64,000 nt of DNA from Podarcis filfolensis (taxonomy: Eukaryota), in NCBI GenBank assembly GCA_964270895.1, contig OZ185437.1. One strand, written 5' to 3'. Both the position numbers and the translations under genes were made by a program. Below are positions 27,350 through 42,224 of this stretch, one piece after another. Within the stretch, counting starts at the first letter, position 1. Every line of letters begins with the position of its first letter. The notes below the pieces were generated by a model, which worked only from the letters and a program-made list of their open reading frames with translations, had not been told where the DNA came from and did not search any database.

Positions 27350-27775
27350 CACCTGCAGATGTGAAGAAGAAGAAGAAGAACTGTGTGTCATCACCATATT
27401 GCTGACAACATACTCCAAAGCTCCAGATGACCCCACTCAGCAGTTTCACATAGATGTTAAACAGCAGTTGGAGAGGGGGAGACTCAAACCCTGAGCAACC
27501 TTGTATTGAATGCTCCATGGGTCAGCACACTCCCAAGCATCACCCTCTAGAAATGACTATCCAAGTAGGACCACAACTACCACAAAGTGGTGCCACCCAC
27601 CCCTAACTTGGACAGCCACTCCAGAAGGATAACTTGGTTGATGGTATTGAAAGCCGCTGAGAGGTCGAGGAGAATTAACAAGGACATATTTCCCCTGTCT
27701 CTCTCCCAACAGAGGTCATCATATGGGACAACCATAGCAGTTTCTGTGCTAAAAGCAGGTCTAACCCCCAAATGA
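27350..27775 (-). mobile_element. Decayed L2 LINE RT fragment; a further remnant lies at about 24082-24106 beyond the Rex1 insertion
   Basis: Minus-strand translation gives FSTETA, LLILLDLSAAFNTI and LFNIYVKLLSGVIWSFGVCCQQYGDDTQF, with stops and frameshifts between them. Confidence 0.85.
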
Positions 27776-28357
27776 AATGGACATGACAAAAATTTCTACA
27801 TTAGGGCATGCTGTTGGAAACATGAACTTGTTATTCAGATTTTACTGGGTCAAGTTAACTCCCCAATCATTGGGATTCTTAACTTTGTGCTGCATTATGT
27901 ATGGAAACGCATGCCAGGATTTGTGATGTAGACAATCATGACAGAAGAAGATATTTCCAGCTCACAGTGGCAATCAAAGGAATCTATTAAAATCTCCTAG
28001 ATTCTGTATGCAGGGAAGGAAGGTAGTAATAGCCTACCTCTGGCTTCTGTTATTGATACATTGATCTTCCTTTCTCCTTACCTGTTTGAGTATTCCTTTG
28101 AGAAAAAGTAATTGCCAACCATAGCAGTATTGACTGTCCCTGTTGGACAGCAAGAGGAAATCTTACCCGTCATTCTGATGTTGACTTTACAGAAAAGGAA
28201 TTGTGCAAGTTCAGAACGCATTAAGGAGTGTTATCAAGGTGATTTTAAAGACCCAAGTCTATATTTGCGGTTTTAGTCTTCTTTCTTCACACTGCCTCTT
28301 GAACTTCTTGCCACACCCTTGATTTGTTATCGCTGTCCCCCCACTGTCCTCATTGTC

Positions 28358-28656
28358 AATGGTGAGCTCCCATTGCTGTGCCCCAGCTTCTGCCAACCTA
28401 GCAGTTTGAAAGCATACCAGTGCAAGTAGATAAATAGGTACCACTGCAACAGGAAGGTAAACAGTGTTTCTGTGTGCTCTGGAATCACGGTCTTTCGTGT
28501 GCCAGAAGCAGTTTAGTCATGCTGGCTACATGACCCGGAAAGCAGTCTGCGGACAAACGCCGGCTCCCTGGCGTGAAAAGTGAGATGAGCGCCACACCCC
28601 ATTGGCACCTTTGACTGCACTTAACTGCCCAGGGGTCCTTTACCTTTTACATTTAC
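28358..28656 (+). mobile_element. Sauria SINE, 5'-truncated, second tail subtype
   Basis: Core gccaacctagcagtttgaaagc...gtgcaagtagataaataggtacc. Tail cctttgactgcacttaactgcccaggggtcctttaccttt. Confidence 0.88.
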
Positions 28657-28979
28657 TATAAGACTAGGTGCCAGCAGCAGCCAGGAGTGCATTCATCTGG
28701 GATATCTGCCACCCTCTTTTCCTGTGAAGCTACACTAGCCAACCACTGAAAGCCCTAGGCAATTCACTATTACATTATTCTAATGTACTGTAAGAGGGAC
28801 TGTCTTTGAAGACAGTTCAGAAACATTAGTTGGTCCGGAACAGAAGTAGCCAATACTGTATAGGGCCCTTCAGATGTTCTTAGACTACATCTCCATCAAT
28901 GTCCCCAGCCAACATAGCCAATGGTGAGGAATGTTGGAAGTTGTACACCAAAATCAGGGATGTTAGGACAGAACATATC

Positions 28980-29070
28980 ACTGATATTGTACTGTCTACA
29001 CTGGTTACTAGTTTGTTTCAAGGTTAAATTTAAAGTGCTTATTCTTACCATTAAACTTCTGAATAGAGGT
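28980..29070 (+). mobile_element. Short decayed L2 ORF2 C-terminal fragment
   Basis: Translates LHWLLVCFKVKFKVLILTIKLLN, resembling the L2 LHWLPV...FK.L.L..KAL motif. Confidence 0.6.
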
Positions 29071-30616
29071 AAGTGCCATCTGCTCTGTAGACTTAGAATT
29101 AAAATAATTTTGAGTTGGTGCTGCTGCAGATCTTGGTGCCACAGTCTCTTTCCCAAGCTTTGTGGTTCTGTCCCAAGTACTCTCAAATTAATAGATACCT
29201 GCAGGGTGGGAGAGGCAAGACAGACAATCTCGGCTTCCACCATCCAGGTATTTCTGCCCTCCTACACACCAGGATACTTGCCTGTTTCCAAGGGACCAGA
29301 TGTGTACTGGAGGTGGCTGAATGTGCCATCTTTGAAAACAATGAAGACAATGGGAAGAATTCAAAATAAAATTTCTGCTTGCCAGACGGTATGACCTCCC
29401 CTCTGCCACCTAGGGCTTCCCTAGCTGGATGGAGGATCGAACACGTGAATAGTTTGTACACCAGGTTCCCTGTTCTGATCCAAGAGCTGGACTAGTGTAT
29501 GCCTAATTCTTAAATAAATCAGAAAATCCTGTGTATTATCTTTTTTTCAGTAGGGGAGTTGGGACTGGATTTAGTTCCCCCATGAACCCCCTTTCCCCCA
29601 CAAACAGCTGATTCTAGCTTTTCAGAGTCTTATCTTCTTGATGCAGGCCCAGCTGCTTAGTGCACACTGTTATTTCTGATCCACCTTATTCTATTATATA
29701 AATAAAGTGCTGAGAGACGTGTCTCTGCTCCTTTTTCACTGGGATACTGGATGGTGAAAATAAGATATAATTTAAACCTCAGCCACAGTTCCAGTGGCTT
29801 GAATGACAGGTGAATACTTAGATAAGACATAATTATTATAAACTCTAACTTTTGGCAATAAATGTTGTGTTCTTGGCAGAGATATACAGGTGTAAAATCA
29901 AGGGTTGCGTGGTTTCTCTCTGAAGAAGAATTGAGGCAGAGAAGCATTACATTTCAGTGGATTCCGAATCAGTTCTAAGGCAGTATTTCTAACCTCCAGT
30001 CTATGGTGTTGGATGTTTTGGCCTGCTAGCTTTCACCAGAGGCTTTTTGCTGCAGCCCCGCCCCCAGCACAGTGAATAAACTCCTACTACCTGGAAAAGG
30101 GTGTTACAGGGATGGGGCAGAACAGGGCTGGCCCATTCCGTTCTCTAGAACATCTGGGTCCTGGAGCTGGTACAGCAAAACAAACAAACAACCCCCCCTT
30201 CCACTTTTTGTCTTAACTGGTTCAAGCTGGCAGAACTTTGAGTATGGCCGTGGTTCCTCTACTCTGATTCTCACTCGTTTGCTCTATAAATGCTCTAAAT
30301 TGCTCTATAAATGTATATTTCCTTCTCTATCTTTTTTTTTTTAAAATTTAAGTAGGGCTTATAGCTCAAGTCTAACAAGTGGTATGTAGTACAGATGTAT
30401 TTTTTTCCTCCCCCAATACTTTTTATTTGTTTTGAACTCCCCCGTGGAAACGTATTGGATCACAATTTCATTTCACATTTATTAAGGGTTTACTTCTGTT
30501 CACATTCATGAGTTAATTCTCATACTTGCACAGAATTTGTTCTCTATGCCAAGGAATAAGGCTATTCGCTGCAAACTGAGACTTCATAGAAATTAAGAGC
30601 AATATTTAATTATACA

Positions 30617-30660
<44 letters not shown>

Positions 30661-30665
30661 TGTGT
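30617..30665. repeat. (TC)13(TG)11 compound microsatellite
   Basis: Direct reading of the sequence. Confidence 0.95.
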
Positions 30666-31645
30666 ATCACATACTAATATATATCACATTTCTTTTTTGT
30701 GAAACATAAGAAGCAAAGCTTTTTTGAGACTGGATCAAACAGCCTAGGGAATTTTATTTTGGTTAGTTGACAGTGTCGTGTAATGAATGCTAATATACTT
30801 TCAGAAATGTTAACTTGATTATAGTGCTGTGAGCTTTCTTGTCATTGATGGCAGTGATGCCTGGAAAATATTGGAGGTCACTGTAATGACGTGCCTGGAT
30901 GTATGTCTCGTGCCAGAGCTGGAATGGCAAAAGTATTTAACAAGCAGGAACTGGGATGAGATCACTGGGAGAGTGATCAGTATTGACATTAATGAGTTTT
31001 ATGTCCTATGCCAAAAGAGTTAGCTGACCTGTGAAGAGCATGCAGTAAGCAATTTCCTGTACAAGAGAGGCATGCTACCCTTGAAAACAGTACTTGATAT
31101 TCATAAGCTGTGAATGAGAACTACAGCATGTAAAGCATGTGGTCTAAAGAATACCTTGTCTCTGGCTCTGCAGCATGGCAGATAGAGCTCTGCCAACCTT
31201 TTCCTTTAAGCCCCCCTAAGTCTTCAGTAAGACATCTTCATGCCACACTATGTCCTGTTCAAGAGACTTGCACATGCATGTGTACACACACACACACACT
31301 TGCAGTGTGCATTATTGAACATGAATTCCTTCTGTGAGTGTGAATGAATTTCTAGATTTGCCACACCATTATATTTTGAAGCTAATTTTACTCAACAGTG
31401 AATATATAAAATGTGACCTATTACCGTTGTTTCATATGTATATACACGCCTCTGTGTGTGACTGTGTGTGTATATGTCTCTCTCTGTGCAATATATACAC
31501 ACATACATACTACTGATGGCTTTATGTATCTGTTTGTGTATTTATATTGAACTGTTCTTCCTTTCTGTCCTGCTGCTATCATTTCTTCCCTTGTGTTCAC
31601 TTAGATTATGGCATGCTTAAGTCAGGGACTTTAACGTCTTTTTAA

Positions 31646-31909
<264 letters not shown>

Positions 31910-33548
31910 TAGTTGCTGTTCTAACATATTGGGCTGGATTCATAATTGAATAGAGCAGAAACCCACAACATGGGTGCTTCCATGGTGAGAGTGATTTTTG
32001 TCCGTTCTTGCTCCCACAACTTACATCTCCTAAGGCAGTGGCTCCCAGGGTGTCTGTGTAATCTACCCAGGGGATCTGTGGCACCATTCACATGACCAAA
32101 ACTACCATAGAGATATCAAATCTTTCAAAAGCAAAGAGTCCATGGCTTAGCTTTTGAAAACAAACAAACATGGAGTCCGCAGTCCTTTACTAATATCTTC
32201 TGCTAGATCAAATTCTTTTGGTGAAGAAAAGGTATCCTCTTGAAATATTTTCAGCTCTTTGTCTCATATGAAAAGGATCAGGATAAATAAGTGATGGTTG
32301 CTTTTTCACTCTGCTTGCTGAAGAGAACTGCATAAAGTCAAAACTTGACATATTTTCCCCATCTCTCTCATCAACAAAAATTTGCTCCAGCAGAGGAACA
32401 TCAGCAATTTTCTCTTTCATATTTTCTGAGACTACCACACCTGCAACTCTTTTATATGAAGTGATATAGCTAACAGAAATCAATTGGACATGATACTCAG
32501 AAATAATCAGAATTCCTATTAATTTAAATAGGTCTTAACTGTTGCTAATTTTCTCTGGATTGGGAGTATACATTTTGCATTCAATTTAATACACTCTGCA
32601 GGAAAGGAACATGCCCTATATCAGGTCATAACCATCTAGCCCAGTACTGTCTTACTCTGAGTAACAGTCACTCTCCAGTGTTGAAGGCAAAGGCCTTTCA
32701 TACCATCTACTGGGGCTGATGCCAGCAATTAAAACTGGGACCTTTCGTGAGCAAATCTTTTTCTCTGCCACTGGGTTATGATCCATCTCCAAATATGACA
32801 GTAAACTGTCAGACAACTGTTGTTTCAGACATGTTTGCCTGCCTCTGTACATTTCTTTCTTTTTCAATGGACACTTGGAAGTTGTGGCTTCATTTAATTT
32901 TCCTTGGTATCTTCCTCCCTGTTCCTATTTCATTATTAATTCTGATTATTCTTAGATTTTTATTCTTTTCTATTGGTCCTTCTGCAAAGCAAATAAAATA
33001 GTCATTCATAATAAAATTAGTTTTGCTTGCATAATGGGCCTATCTTCTTGAAAGGTAAAACAGAGTTGATTTTCCATTTATATACCTGCTTCTCTGCCAG
33101 GGTTTCTTTTCTCTTTTTAAAGCCTTACATGCCTAATCAGACCTTTTTTGCAGTCTATGGTTTTGCTTTTCTTAGTGGTAATTGCCATATTATGATAATG
33201 TGAGAATATATTAATGCAGTCTTTCTTGATTTATAAATAAATGTATGACCTTTCTTAGTGCAAAAATCTCACTGAGGCATAGATTCTGAGCTAGCATCAG
33301 TGCTGCTAAACACTAGAATGCAGACTGCAATATTACATTTGGTCTTCTTTTGCTGAAATCTAAATAAATAGTTTGCACATGCCAAAGTTCAAGTGAGTTC
33401 TCTGTCACAGTGTTTCTGACTGCCTTTCTTTGGGCAATGCATATGTTTTAAACACATCAGCCTACACTGACAAGTCACCAGTGGACAAACATATATCGTA
33501 GCTACCAGAATATATACATTTTTGCCATAAGTATGAATATAAAATATA

Positions 33549-33769
33549 CAGTCGTACTTTGGAAGTTGAACAGAATCAGTTCTGGAAGTCCATTTAACTT
33601 CCAAACCTTTCAAAAATCAAAGTGCGGCTTCTGATTGGCTGCAGGAAGACCCGTCGGACGTTCAGCTTCCAAAAATAGTTCACAAACTGGAACACTCACT
33701 TCTGGGTTTGCAGCGTTCAGGAGCCAAAACGTTCGAGAACTAAGCTGTTCAAAAACCAAGGTATGACTG
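33549..33769. mobile_element. Tc1/mariner-type MITE, same family as 2642-2891 in reverse orientation
   Basis: TA at 33547-48 and 33770-71. TIRs cagtcgtactttgg / ccaaggtatgactg. Confidence 0.85.
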
Positions 33770-34917
33770 TAATCTAAAATTAGACCACTGAAAGTCAACA
33801 AGGAGAAGGGGTTAGGAACGGCATTGTACAATAAATAATCAATGTCCACAGCAATACTACTATTTATGTATTTATTAAATTTGTTAGTATTTCTCAGCAC
33901 AACCTAAGGCGACTTACAACCAACCAGACAATCAGACAGAACCCCTACAGAGATACATTAGGACCAAGGTGGAAAACATCCTGCCCACTTCTAAAAGGCT
34001 GCAGATAGTTAAAAGCCAAAGGCTTGGTTGTGGAGGAAATTTATTGCCTGGCACCTAAAGGACTGCTACTGCATTGCTTTGTCAAGCACTTGGTTATATA
34101 TTAGTACTACATTGTACTTCACGCTATGTCATCTTGGGAAAACACAGGGCTAGCCTTAGACCTTGACAATGGGCTTCACTAGAATATGACACTTGTTTCA
34201 ATGTTGTCATCACAAGAGTTAGATTGTTTTACTGTGGATGTATCCAGCAACATGTTCTGAACACAATAATGATACATTAACGGTGGATTTATTCTGCTTT
34301 ATTAGTTGTTCTGTGACATTTCCCCGATATGGCCACATTATCACTGTTCGAAAGCGTTGTAGCGCTACAAAAACAGGAGGGGAAAACACACAGAGAAGAT
34401 TAGTGCTATGAAAACTTAGGAGTTCCAGAAGGAGGATACAGAATATGCACTGTCTGGAAATCAAGCCATTTGACCACCACCAACCTTTTTTTTTTTTTTT
34501 ACATGCACAAAGGGTATTGACAGTGAGATCAGGCATGGCTGCTTCTCTGATAGCATGAGCTCAAATAATTTATTATAATTGTATATTTTTTATTGTCGTA
34601 ACCCACCTGGGGACTATGTGGTGAAGGGCAGATAAGGAAACACAATAAATCAAATCAGCATGAATGAGCAACAAAAAAAATGTTTGCAGGGGCCCCTAAA
34701 TATGACGATGTATTTCTAAACTATTTGATTGGTAGCCACCCTAATAATAAGCACACTGGGGTTAAAAATAGTTACAATGGAGATAGTACAGGAATACAAC
34801 TCCCCTATGAGGAAAAGTTATTATTATTATTCTTTGTTAAGAAAGAAAGAATCTTGGCATTTTAGGATTTGAAAGAGATGGATAAAAATATGCATGCTGT
34901 GGATAGAAATACTTTTC

Positions 34918-35778
34918 TTTTTTTTAAAAAAAAATAATTTTTATTAACAGGCCAATCACATCACATTATTCAAATCACATTAGTTCCAAATTATACAGCC
35001 AAATTTTAATTTTTTTTGAGGGTACCTATATATCAAGCTCCGCACGAGTCCAAAATTCCGGATAACTCCAGACATCACTCATTTTACTGCATTAATCAGT
35101 CAGTTCTATCCAGTTCGATCCGGATAGTCCTTTATTACTTTCTTTCTCATCTTGTTGTAGTCATATATTCCTTTCTTTGCGATCTCTGATGATTCTCACA
35201 AACAGACTGAAAGCTGGCGTCTCTCTGTGGGTTTTGTACTCTTCAAAAGCTCTATCACTCCGGGACAGCCTCTGTTCAACGCTTCCATAAACAAAGTTAA
35301 TCTTCGTTCTGTCCTTTATTTTTTCCAGGCTAGCCAAATAAATCAAATAGATCAGGGGGCTCTGTCAGGTCAAACTTTCAATTCCAACACTCCTTCTCTT
35401 TCGAACAATCCTGATTCTCCTCCCCCCTGTCCTTCTTTCTCCGGCAAGCCTGTCTTGGCGAGACGCCATTTTTTAACTGCGTCATAAAAAATTTCCACTT
35501 TCTCACCGTTTACCAATCTTCTCTCCTGTTGTAATCCATCCACGATCTTGTTTCTTTCTGGGGTGGAGGGTTATTATTATCACATCGTACAAAGAAAAAA
35601 AAGGGTTTTCCTTCCACCCCCCCCTCGTTCCAAACATACAGTCTCCTGGTGGTGACTCATCAAAAGATTTACTTATCCATCCGTCGCTCCCGGTCACAGA
35701 GATCCATTACTCAGCAGCCTTATCTGTCGAGCTTTACTTGATATATGTGCTTCAGCTTCATTTCCAATCGTATGTTTC
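34918..35778 (-). mobile_element. Poly(A)-type retroposed insertion, 861 bp, probably L1-mobilised; identity unresolved
   Basis: Perfect 17-bp TSD ggatagaaatacttttc (34901-34917 / 35779-35795). Minus-strand AATAAA and A-run at the left end. The target site reads TTTTC/A. Confidence 0.8.
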
Positions 35779-36088
35779 GGATAGAAATACTTTTCATCCT
35801 TCTCTCACAATAGCAGAACATGAGATCATCCAATGAAATGGAACGGTGGTAGTTGCCTCTCTCCATGAACCCATCCCTTCCTCCCTCCCTCCCTCCCTCC
35901 CTTCCTTCCTCTTCAAACCCACTCCCAACCCTTGGGGTGGAAAGGAGGAGTCAGGGAAGTCGGCTTTTGTGAGCCCAACTGCGTATGTTTTTCTGTGGCT
36001 GAAACCCTGTGAAATGTGAAATCTATAACCACAGTTTGTAACATTTTTGGCAGACTAACCTCAACCCAACAAGGAATGGGACAACCTT

Positions 36089-36466
36089 GTTGTTGTTTAG
36101 TCATTTAGTCATGTCCGACTCTTCGTGACCCCATGGACCAGAGCACGCCAGGCACTCCTGTCTTCCACCGCCTCCCGCAGTTTGGTCAGACTCATGCTGG
36201 TAGCTTCGAGAACACTATCCAACACACTATCCAACCATCTCGTCCTCTGTCTTCCCCTTCTCCTTGTGCCCTCCATCTTTCCCAAAATCAGGGTCTTTTC
36301 CAGGGAGTCTTCTCTTCTCATGAGGTGGCCAAAGTATTAGAGTCTCAGCTTCAGGATCTGTCCTTCCAGTGAGCACTCAGGGCTGATTTCCTTAAGAATG
36401 GATAGGTTTGATCTTTTTGCAGTCCATGGGACTCTCAAGAGTCTCCTCCAGCACCATAATTCAAAA
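36089..36466 (-). mobile_element. BovB (RTE) LINE 3' fragment
   Basis: Translates MRREDSLEKTLILGKMEGTRRRGRQRTRWLD. (CAA)n tail. 11-bp TSD gggacaacctt (36078-88 / 36467-77). Internal 12-bp duplication acactatccaac. Confidence 0.95.
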
Positions 36467-37399
36467 GGGACAACCTTATATCCATTCATCTCCATAGGTG
36501 CCAATGCCCTGGGGCCCTAGGTGCATGAGCACCCACAAAATTCCCCATGAAGGGGCCAGGCACCCACAAATTTCCGTGCCAGGACCATGCACGCTGCATG
36601 GCACCCATGGTCGTGGAGTCAAGCTGGCATTCCTGTTTATCTTAGTGGGTTTTGGTTCATAGAATCACAGAATTCTGGAGCTGGAAGAGTCCCTGCAGGT
36701 CATCTAGTTCAACTCCTAGGAAGGAGAGTTGAGCTAACTGTTGGATTGCAGCCACAGCACACGTGTTCTTTTGAAAGTTTATCCATATTGAGAATAACTT
36801 GGGTATAGATTACATTTGATTTAATTCCGCACTCTCTGTATGTATTTGACGAGAGAGATTTTTTAAAAAAAAATCCTAACCAAACTATAATTTCACTAAT
36901 TCTGGAATTGAAACCATGTACATTACATTGATTGGGCAGTATAGTTAAGACATTATGGCACAATCCTCTTCTGCGCTCTCCACTGAAAAAAGGGAGAGCA
37001 GTCTTTTAAAAAATCTCTTTCTACACCGAACCATTGTCTGATCTTGAAATAAATCCCATCCTTTGGTAGCATGGTGAAGAATGCAAATGAGGATGTTACA
37101 TTGCTCTGCAAACCTATGCAATAATTGAGTTCAGAACAGTGGTTTTGAAACAGTTTCTTAAGACATGTGGCACAACTCATTTCCCATTTTAAAAGGAATT
37201 CTAATTATTGCAGTAGTCTTTTGTTTAACCTTAATTAGAAAACTGTCATGGGTAGTAAAGTGCAGGGGGAGAGTAATTGGCAAAAGGATTTCACTAGCAA
37301 CGCTGGTGTTTTCTCCTTAGAATAATTATGCTAAATTGCCAGGGGAAAGCTGGAGAAACAGAGGACAATGATGAATCATTATTTTTTATTTTATTTTAG

Positions 37400-37513
<114 letters not shown>

Positions 37514-37758
37514 TAAGTACAAAACCAAAGTGTTAATTAGCAGCTGCAGTTTGTATCTGCTGATATCAAGCCCGTTTGACTGGAAAATGTCGCTTTTGCA
37601 CCTATCAGATGGTACCCTCGAACCATTGACCCTGATTATCCAGAATTAAGGGAAAGGTTTCTCCTTTTCTCATGTCTCGACTTTCCCTTTCATATACATG
37701 CTTTTTATTTAGTACACCTTCCCCTGTTCAATTAAAATGTGAATTAACATATTGATTC

Positions 37759-38056
37759 TGAAATATACTCGGGGTCGAGTGTGGATTTCATGCTCTTTAT
37801 TCAGCTCATAGTAGTGAGGAGGAATGGAAGTTCTCCCAAATGTCTGCTTTATATACACTATTTACACAATGGGCCCCACATGATTGGCTAATTCCGGGAT
37901 TCTCCTGTAGGCCAATCAGGTTGCGGATTTTACTTCCACCTGGAGCTGGATTGGGTGGCTCCTGCAGACCAATCAAACTGCTGCATTCTGGATCCTATTG
38001 TTCTAGGACCCATCAGACTGCTGCATTTTGGATCCTATTCAACTCAGTACATAACA
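37759..38056 (-). mobile_element. Solo LTR, 298 bp
   Basis: TG...CA termini and 5-bp flanks gattc / gactc (4 of 5). On the minus strand: tandem CCAAT-containing repeats, then gtatataaa, then aataaa. Confidence 0.75.
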
Positions 38057-38181
38057 GACTCATAGAACCTGCTGCTGAACGATAAGTCTCAGAATCCCCA
38101 GCAGCATGGCTCATTGGCCAGGGATGATGGGAGTTGTAGTTCAACAACATCTAGTGCACCATAGTCTAGCCACCCCTGGTA

Positions 38182-38548
38182 TAAAAAAGGTAAAGGACCC
38201 CTGACAGTTAAGTCCAGTCATGAACGACTCTGGGGTTGCGGTGCTCATCTCACTTTACTGGCCAAGGGAGCTGGCGTTTGTCCGCAGACAGTTTTTCCGG
38301 GTCATGTTGCCAGCATGACTAAGCCGCTTCTGGCGAAACCAGAGCAGCGCACAGAAACGCCATTTACCTTCCCACCAGAGTGGTATCTATTTATCTACCT
38401 GCACTGGCATGCTTTCGAACTGCTAGGTTTGCAGGAGCTGGGACCGAACAACGGGATCTCACCCCATCGCGGGGATTCGAACCGCCAACCTTCTGATTGG
38501 CAAGCCCAAGAGGCTCAGTGGTTTAGACCACAGCGCCACCTATGTCCT
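38182..38548 (-). mobile_element. Sauria SINE, full length
   Basis: Reverse complement of the 558-910 type, with an 11-bp TSD cacccctggta (38171-81 / 38549-59). Confidence 0.93.
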
Positions 38549-39203
38549 CACCCCTGGTAGAGAACACCTTATAATTGATCGAGCCAGTATTACCGTCTAC
38601 ATATTGCAGAAGAGTAGTGGGGATTTTGACAGTGTTGGTGGTTTGCCTAAGATAACCTTGTGCCTAAGGTGATATTTGAACCGTTATCTTACGTATGTGA
38701 GCTGAATAATTTAAAATAAAATGTGCAGATTAATGCAAAAGAGAGAGAAATAATTAAATCACCCCTTTGTCATGCTTGAATCATATAGAAACCAGTATAA
38801 TTTCAGTGTTCAGAATATAAAGTGACATGCGAAGAATATTTTCTGACCTGTCAATGTAATGTATGGATGGCCGTTTTATAATTGAAACTTATAAGGGGTC
38901 ATTCTACACTTCATATGATGCCTGGACGTACCAATGGGTGTATGCTGTGGTTAGTGATTTCTTGCTGGAGCAGACTTGCCCAAAGGAGTCTTTTTACCTA
39001 TAGAGGTTTCTCCATGAACTTCAATGTCAAATGCTGCCCTATGCATGAAAAAGAATCCATGTGTAGAGCTGTCAAAGTGAATGGGGAAGCCTGTTCAGAT
39101 AAGAGCTTTCTGTGTGCAATGTAGTGCTCTGTGTTGGTTCAAGTGTACAATATAGTGCTCTTCAGTTACATGAACATTGCATAAGTAATACATCATTCAA
39201 TAA

Positions 39204-39515
<312 letters not shown>

Positions 39516-40839
39516 TAGGCTTCATACATTGGCACATTGTACATTGGCCATGGGCACATTGTGGAAAGGTGAACAGTATAACAATAATATAGCCGCTGCT
39601 TTTGTGTGTTGCTTTATCCAGAGAAAAAACAGTTTTATGATTGAAATTGGAAATCCCCATCTATTCTCCACCCACTTGCTACTTCTTTTTTCTCATACAG
39701 GAGTCCTCCACAGTCACCGCCCCCTATTCTACCAGCAGGGCTCAATACAGGGAGAGTTTTTTGCATGTCTGATGTTAAGTGTAGGGAGGGATGGATGGAT
39801 CAGGTCCAACATTTACTTTTAGTAAAAAAGCATTGTTTGTGAAATCTCTCTGCCTCATTCTGAGTAGTTTTAAGTTTGAATGGTGGCTTGAAATAAAACA
39901 CTTAACACCTAACTCAATTTGATCTGTCCTTTCTCAGTCCTCTAACAAGAGGCCAGGCTACTCACTTTGCATTCCTTTCCCTTTTCTTCAGATGTGTTTC
40001 CTGGTAATCTATACATTATTCATGAGGAGAAGATAATAAGGCTATATGTTTATCATCACAAACTAGATTGAAAAGTCCCAAACGCTTCTTATCCAAATAA
40101 TTTCATGGGTAGCTAGAACTTGTTTACAACCTTCTTGGGCTCATTAGCAAATTGCAGCTGTGTCTTTAAGGGAAAGCATCTTAGGATGGATAATAATTAT
40201 GATGGTGTGATTCTTGCAGATAAATAGTCCATTGAAAGAAAGATAGGAGTCTGGAACAAAAGGAAAAGACAATTTCTCACTATTAAAAAAATAAATAGCA
40301 ATTTATGAGATTTTGGCTGTATACACATGTAGCTGTGGCAGTAAGCCTTGTACAATTAAACGGGGCTTACTTCTGAGTAGACATGTATAGGTCTGCACTG
40401 TTGGCTAATTAAAATTGGCCTGTTGTTGAACACTTAGCTAGGTATTCATTTATTTTATGTATTAACAGCTTTCCTTCCTTACATGGATTTATGTAATATA
40501 ATACACTAAGTAAAGATAATATTATGTGCTCAGCTAATTAGTTAAATTAATCAGTGTGGTTATTATAAATCCAGCTATAATGTCAGGTTCTTAATAATTA
40601 AGCTTGTTTTTTAAAATAATGCCCTGCTTGTATTTTAGGGATTTGTATAGAGGTTAGACACTAATTACTTTGTGGATAATAGAAACTGTATGGTTATAAA
40701 AGGTACCCATGTTGCAGTATGGATTCCTTTTGCTATATATATATTTTACAACATTATCTGTCTCCTGGACAGCTTTTATTAGGGGTCCCATTTGCAAAAC
40801 ACATGAGCTTGCATCATAGCTTCCATTTTCTGATTACTA

Positions 40840-41065
40840 TAGTGGTACTTCGGGTTAAGTACTTAATTCGTTCCGGAGGTTCGTACTTAACCTGAAACTG
40901 TTCTTAACCTGAAGCACCACTTTAGCTAATGGGGCTTCCCGCTGCTGCCGCACCGCCGGAGCACGATTTCTGTTCTCATCCTGAAGCAAAGTTCTTAACC
41001 TGAGCTACTATTTCTGGGTTAGTGGAGTCTGTAACCTGAAGCGTATGTAACCCGAGGTACCACTG
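40840..41065. mobile_element. Tc1/mariner-type MITE
   Basis: TA at 40838-39 and 41066-67. 18-bp TIRs tagtggtacttcgggtta / taacccgaggtaccactg with 2 mismatches. Confidence 0.87.
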
Positions 41066-41188
41066 TACGTAGTTCTGCTTATGGAGCAGTGGTTTTACGC
41101 CTCTTCTGGAAATCCATTTCTGGTGGTTGGGGGGACTCTACAGAGCAGTATGCCCCAGTGCTGTGGTTACAACAGGACTGATAGGTAA

Positions 41189-41446
<258 letters not shown>

Positions 41447-42224
41447 TAACCTTAATTCTATAATTTGAGGACTTACATAATTGTCTTCTCCTATGTAAAT
41501 CTGACAGAGTGTTAAGATCATATTCTCAGCCCCTTCTCTTAGGTTTGCATGCCATCAGGTGACTGGTTCCCAGCGAGTCTCTTTTGTTGTTGTGGCCCAT
41601 TGTCTGTAGAATTTCCTCCCCGGGGAAGCTTTCCTGGTTCTATACCTGTTTTCTTTTCATTGCCAGGTGAAGACCTCTTTCTCTTTTTTTCTTCCCTTGG
41701 GCTTGTTAGGTTTATGCATGTTGGAATTTGTTCTGTGGCAGTTTTTCCATTTTGCCTTGGTGCTTTGTATTTATATTATTTTACTTAAAATGTGAACTGG
41801 TCTGGACAATAAATGTCCTATTAAACATTTCATAATTCTCAACGCTAGAAATATATGCTTTTGTGATGTGTTCATTTATTAGCAGTTTGCTTAATGCCCA
41901 ATGATTGGAACGGAAACTAGAGTGTTTTTAGCCTTCTCTGGATTGTGGCCAGTATTGGTATGGACACAGTTAGAAAGCCACAGTATTTTTCGGAGGATAA
42001 GTGTGTAACTGGGGAAAGTTTTGAATGGAAATAAATGTAATAAACATTTTTAAGCTCATCTGGGTCCCAAGTCAAAGCTTATGTGTTCTCATTTCCCAGG
42101 CTTTTGGCTCTTAATTTGAAGGATGGCATCACAGCCTCTTTTAGTGAAGTGGGACCTTTCGTCCTTCTTTTTGCATTTGCTGTGTTTTTAGCCTTTTAGT
42201 TGTATTTCTGTGCTTTCAGTATAC

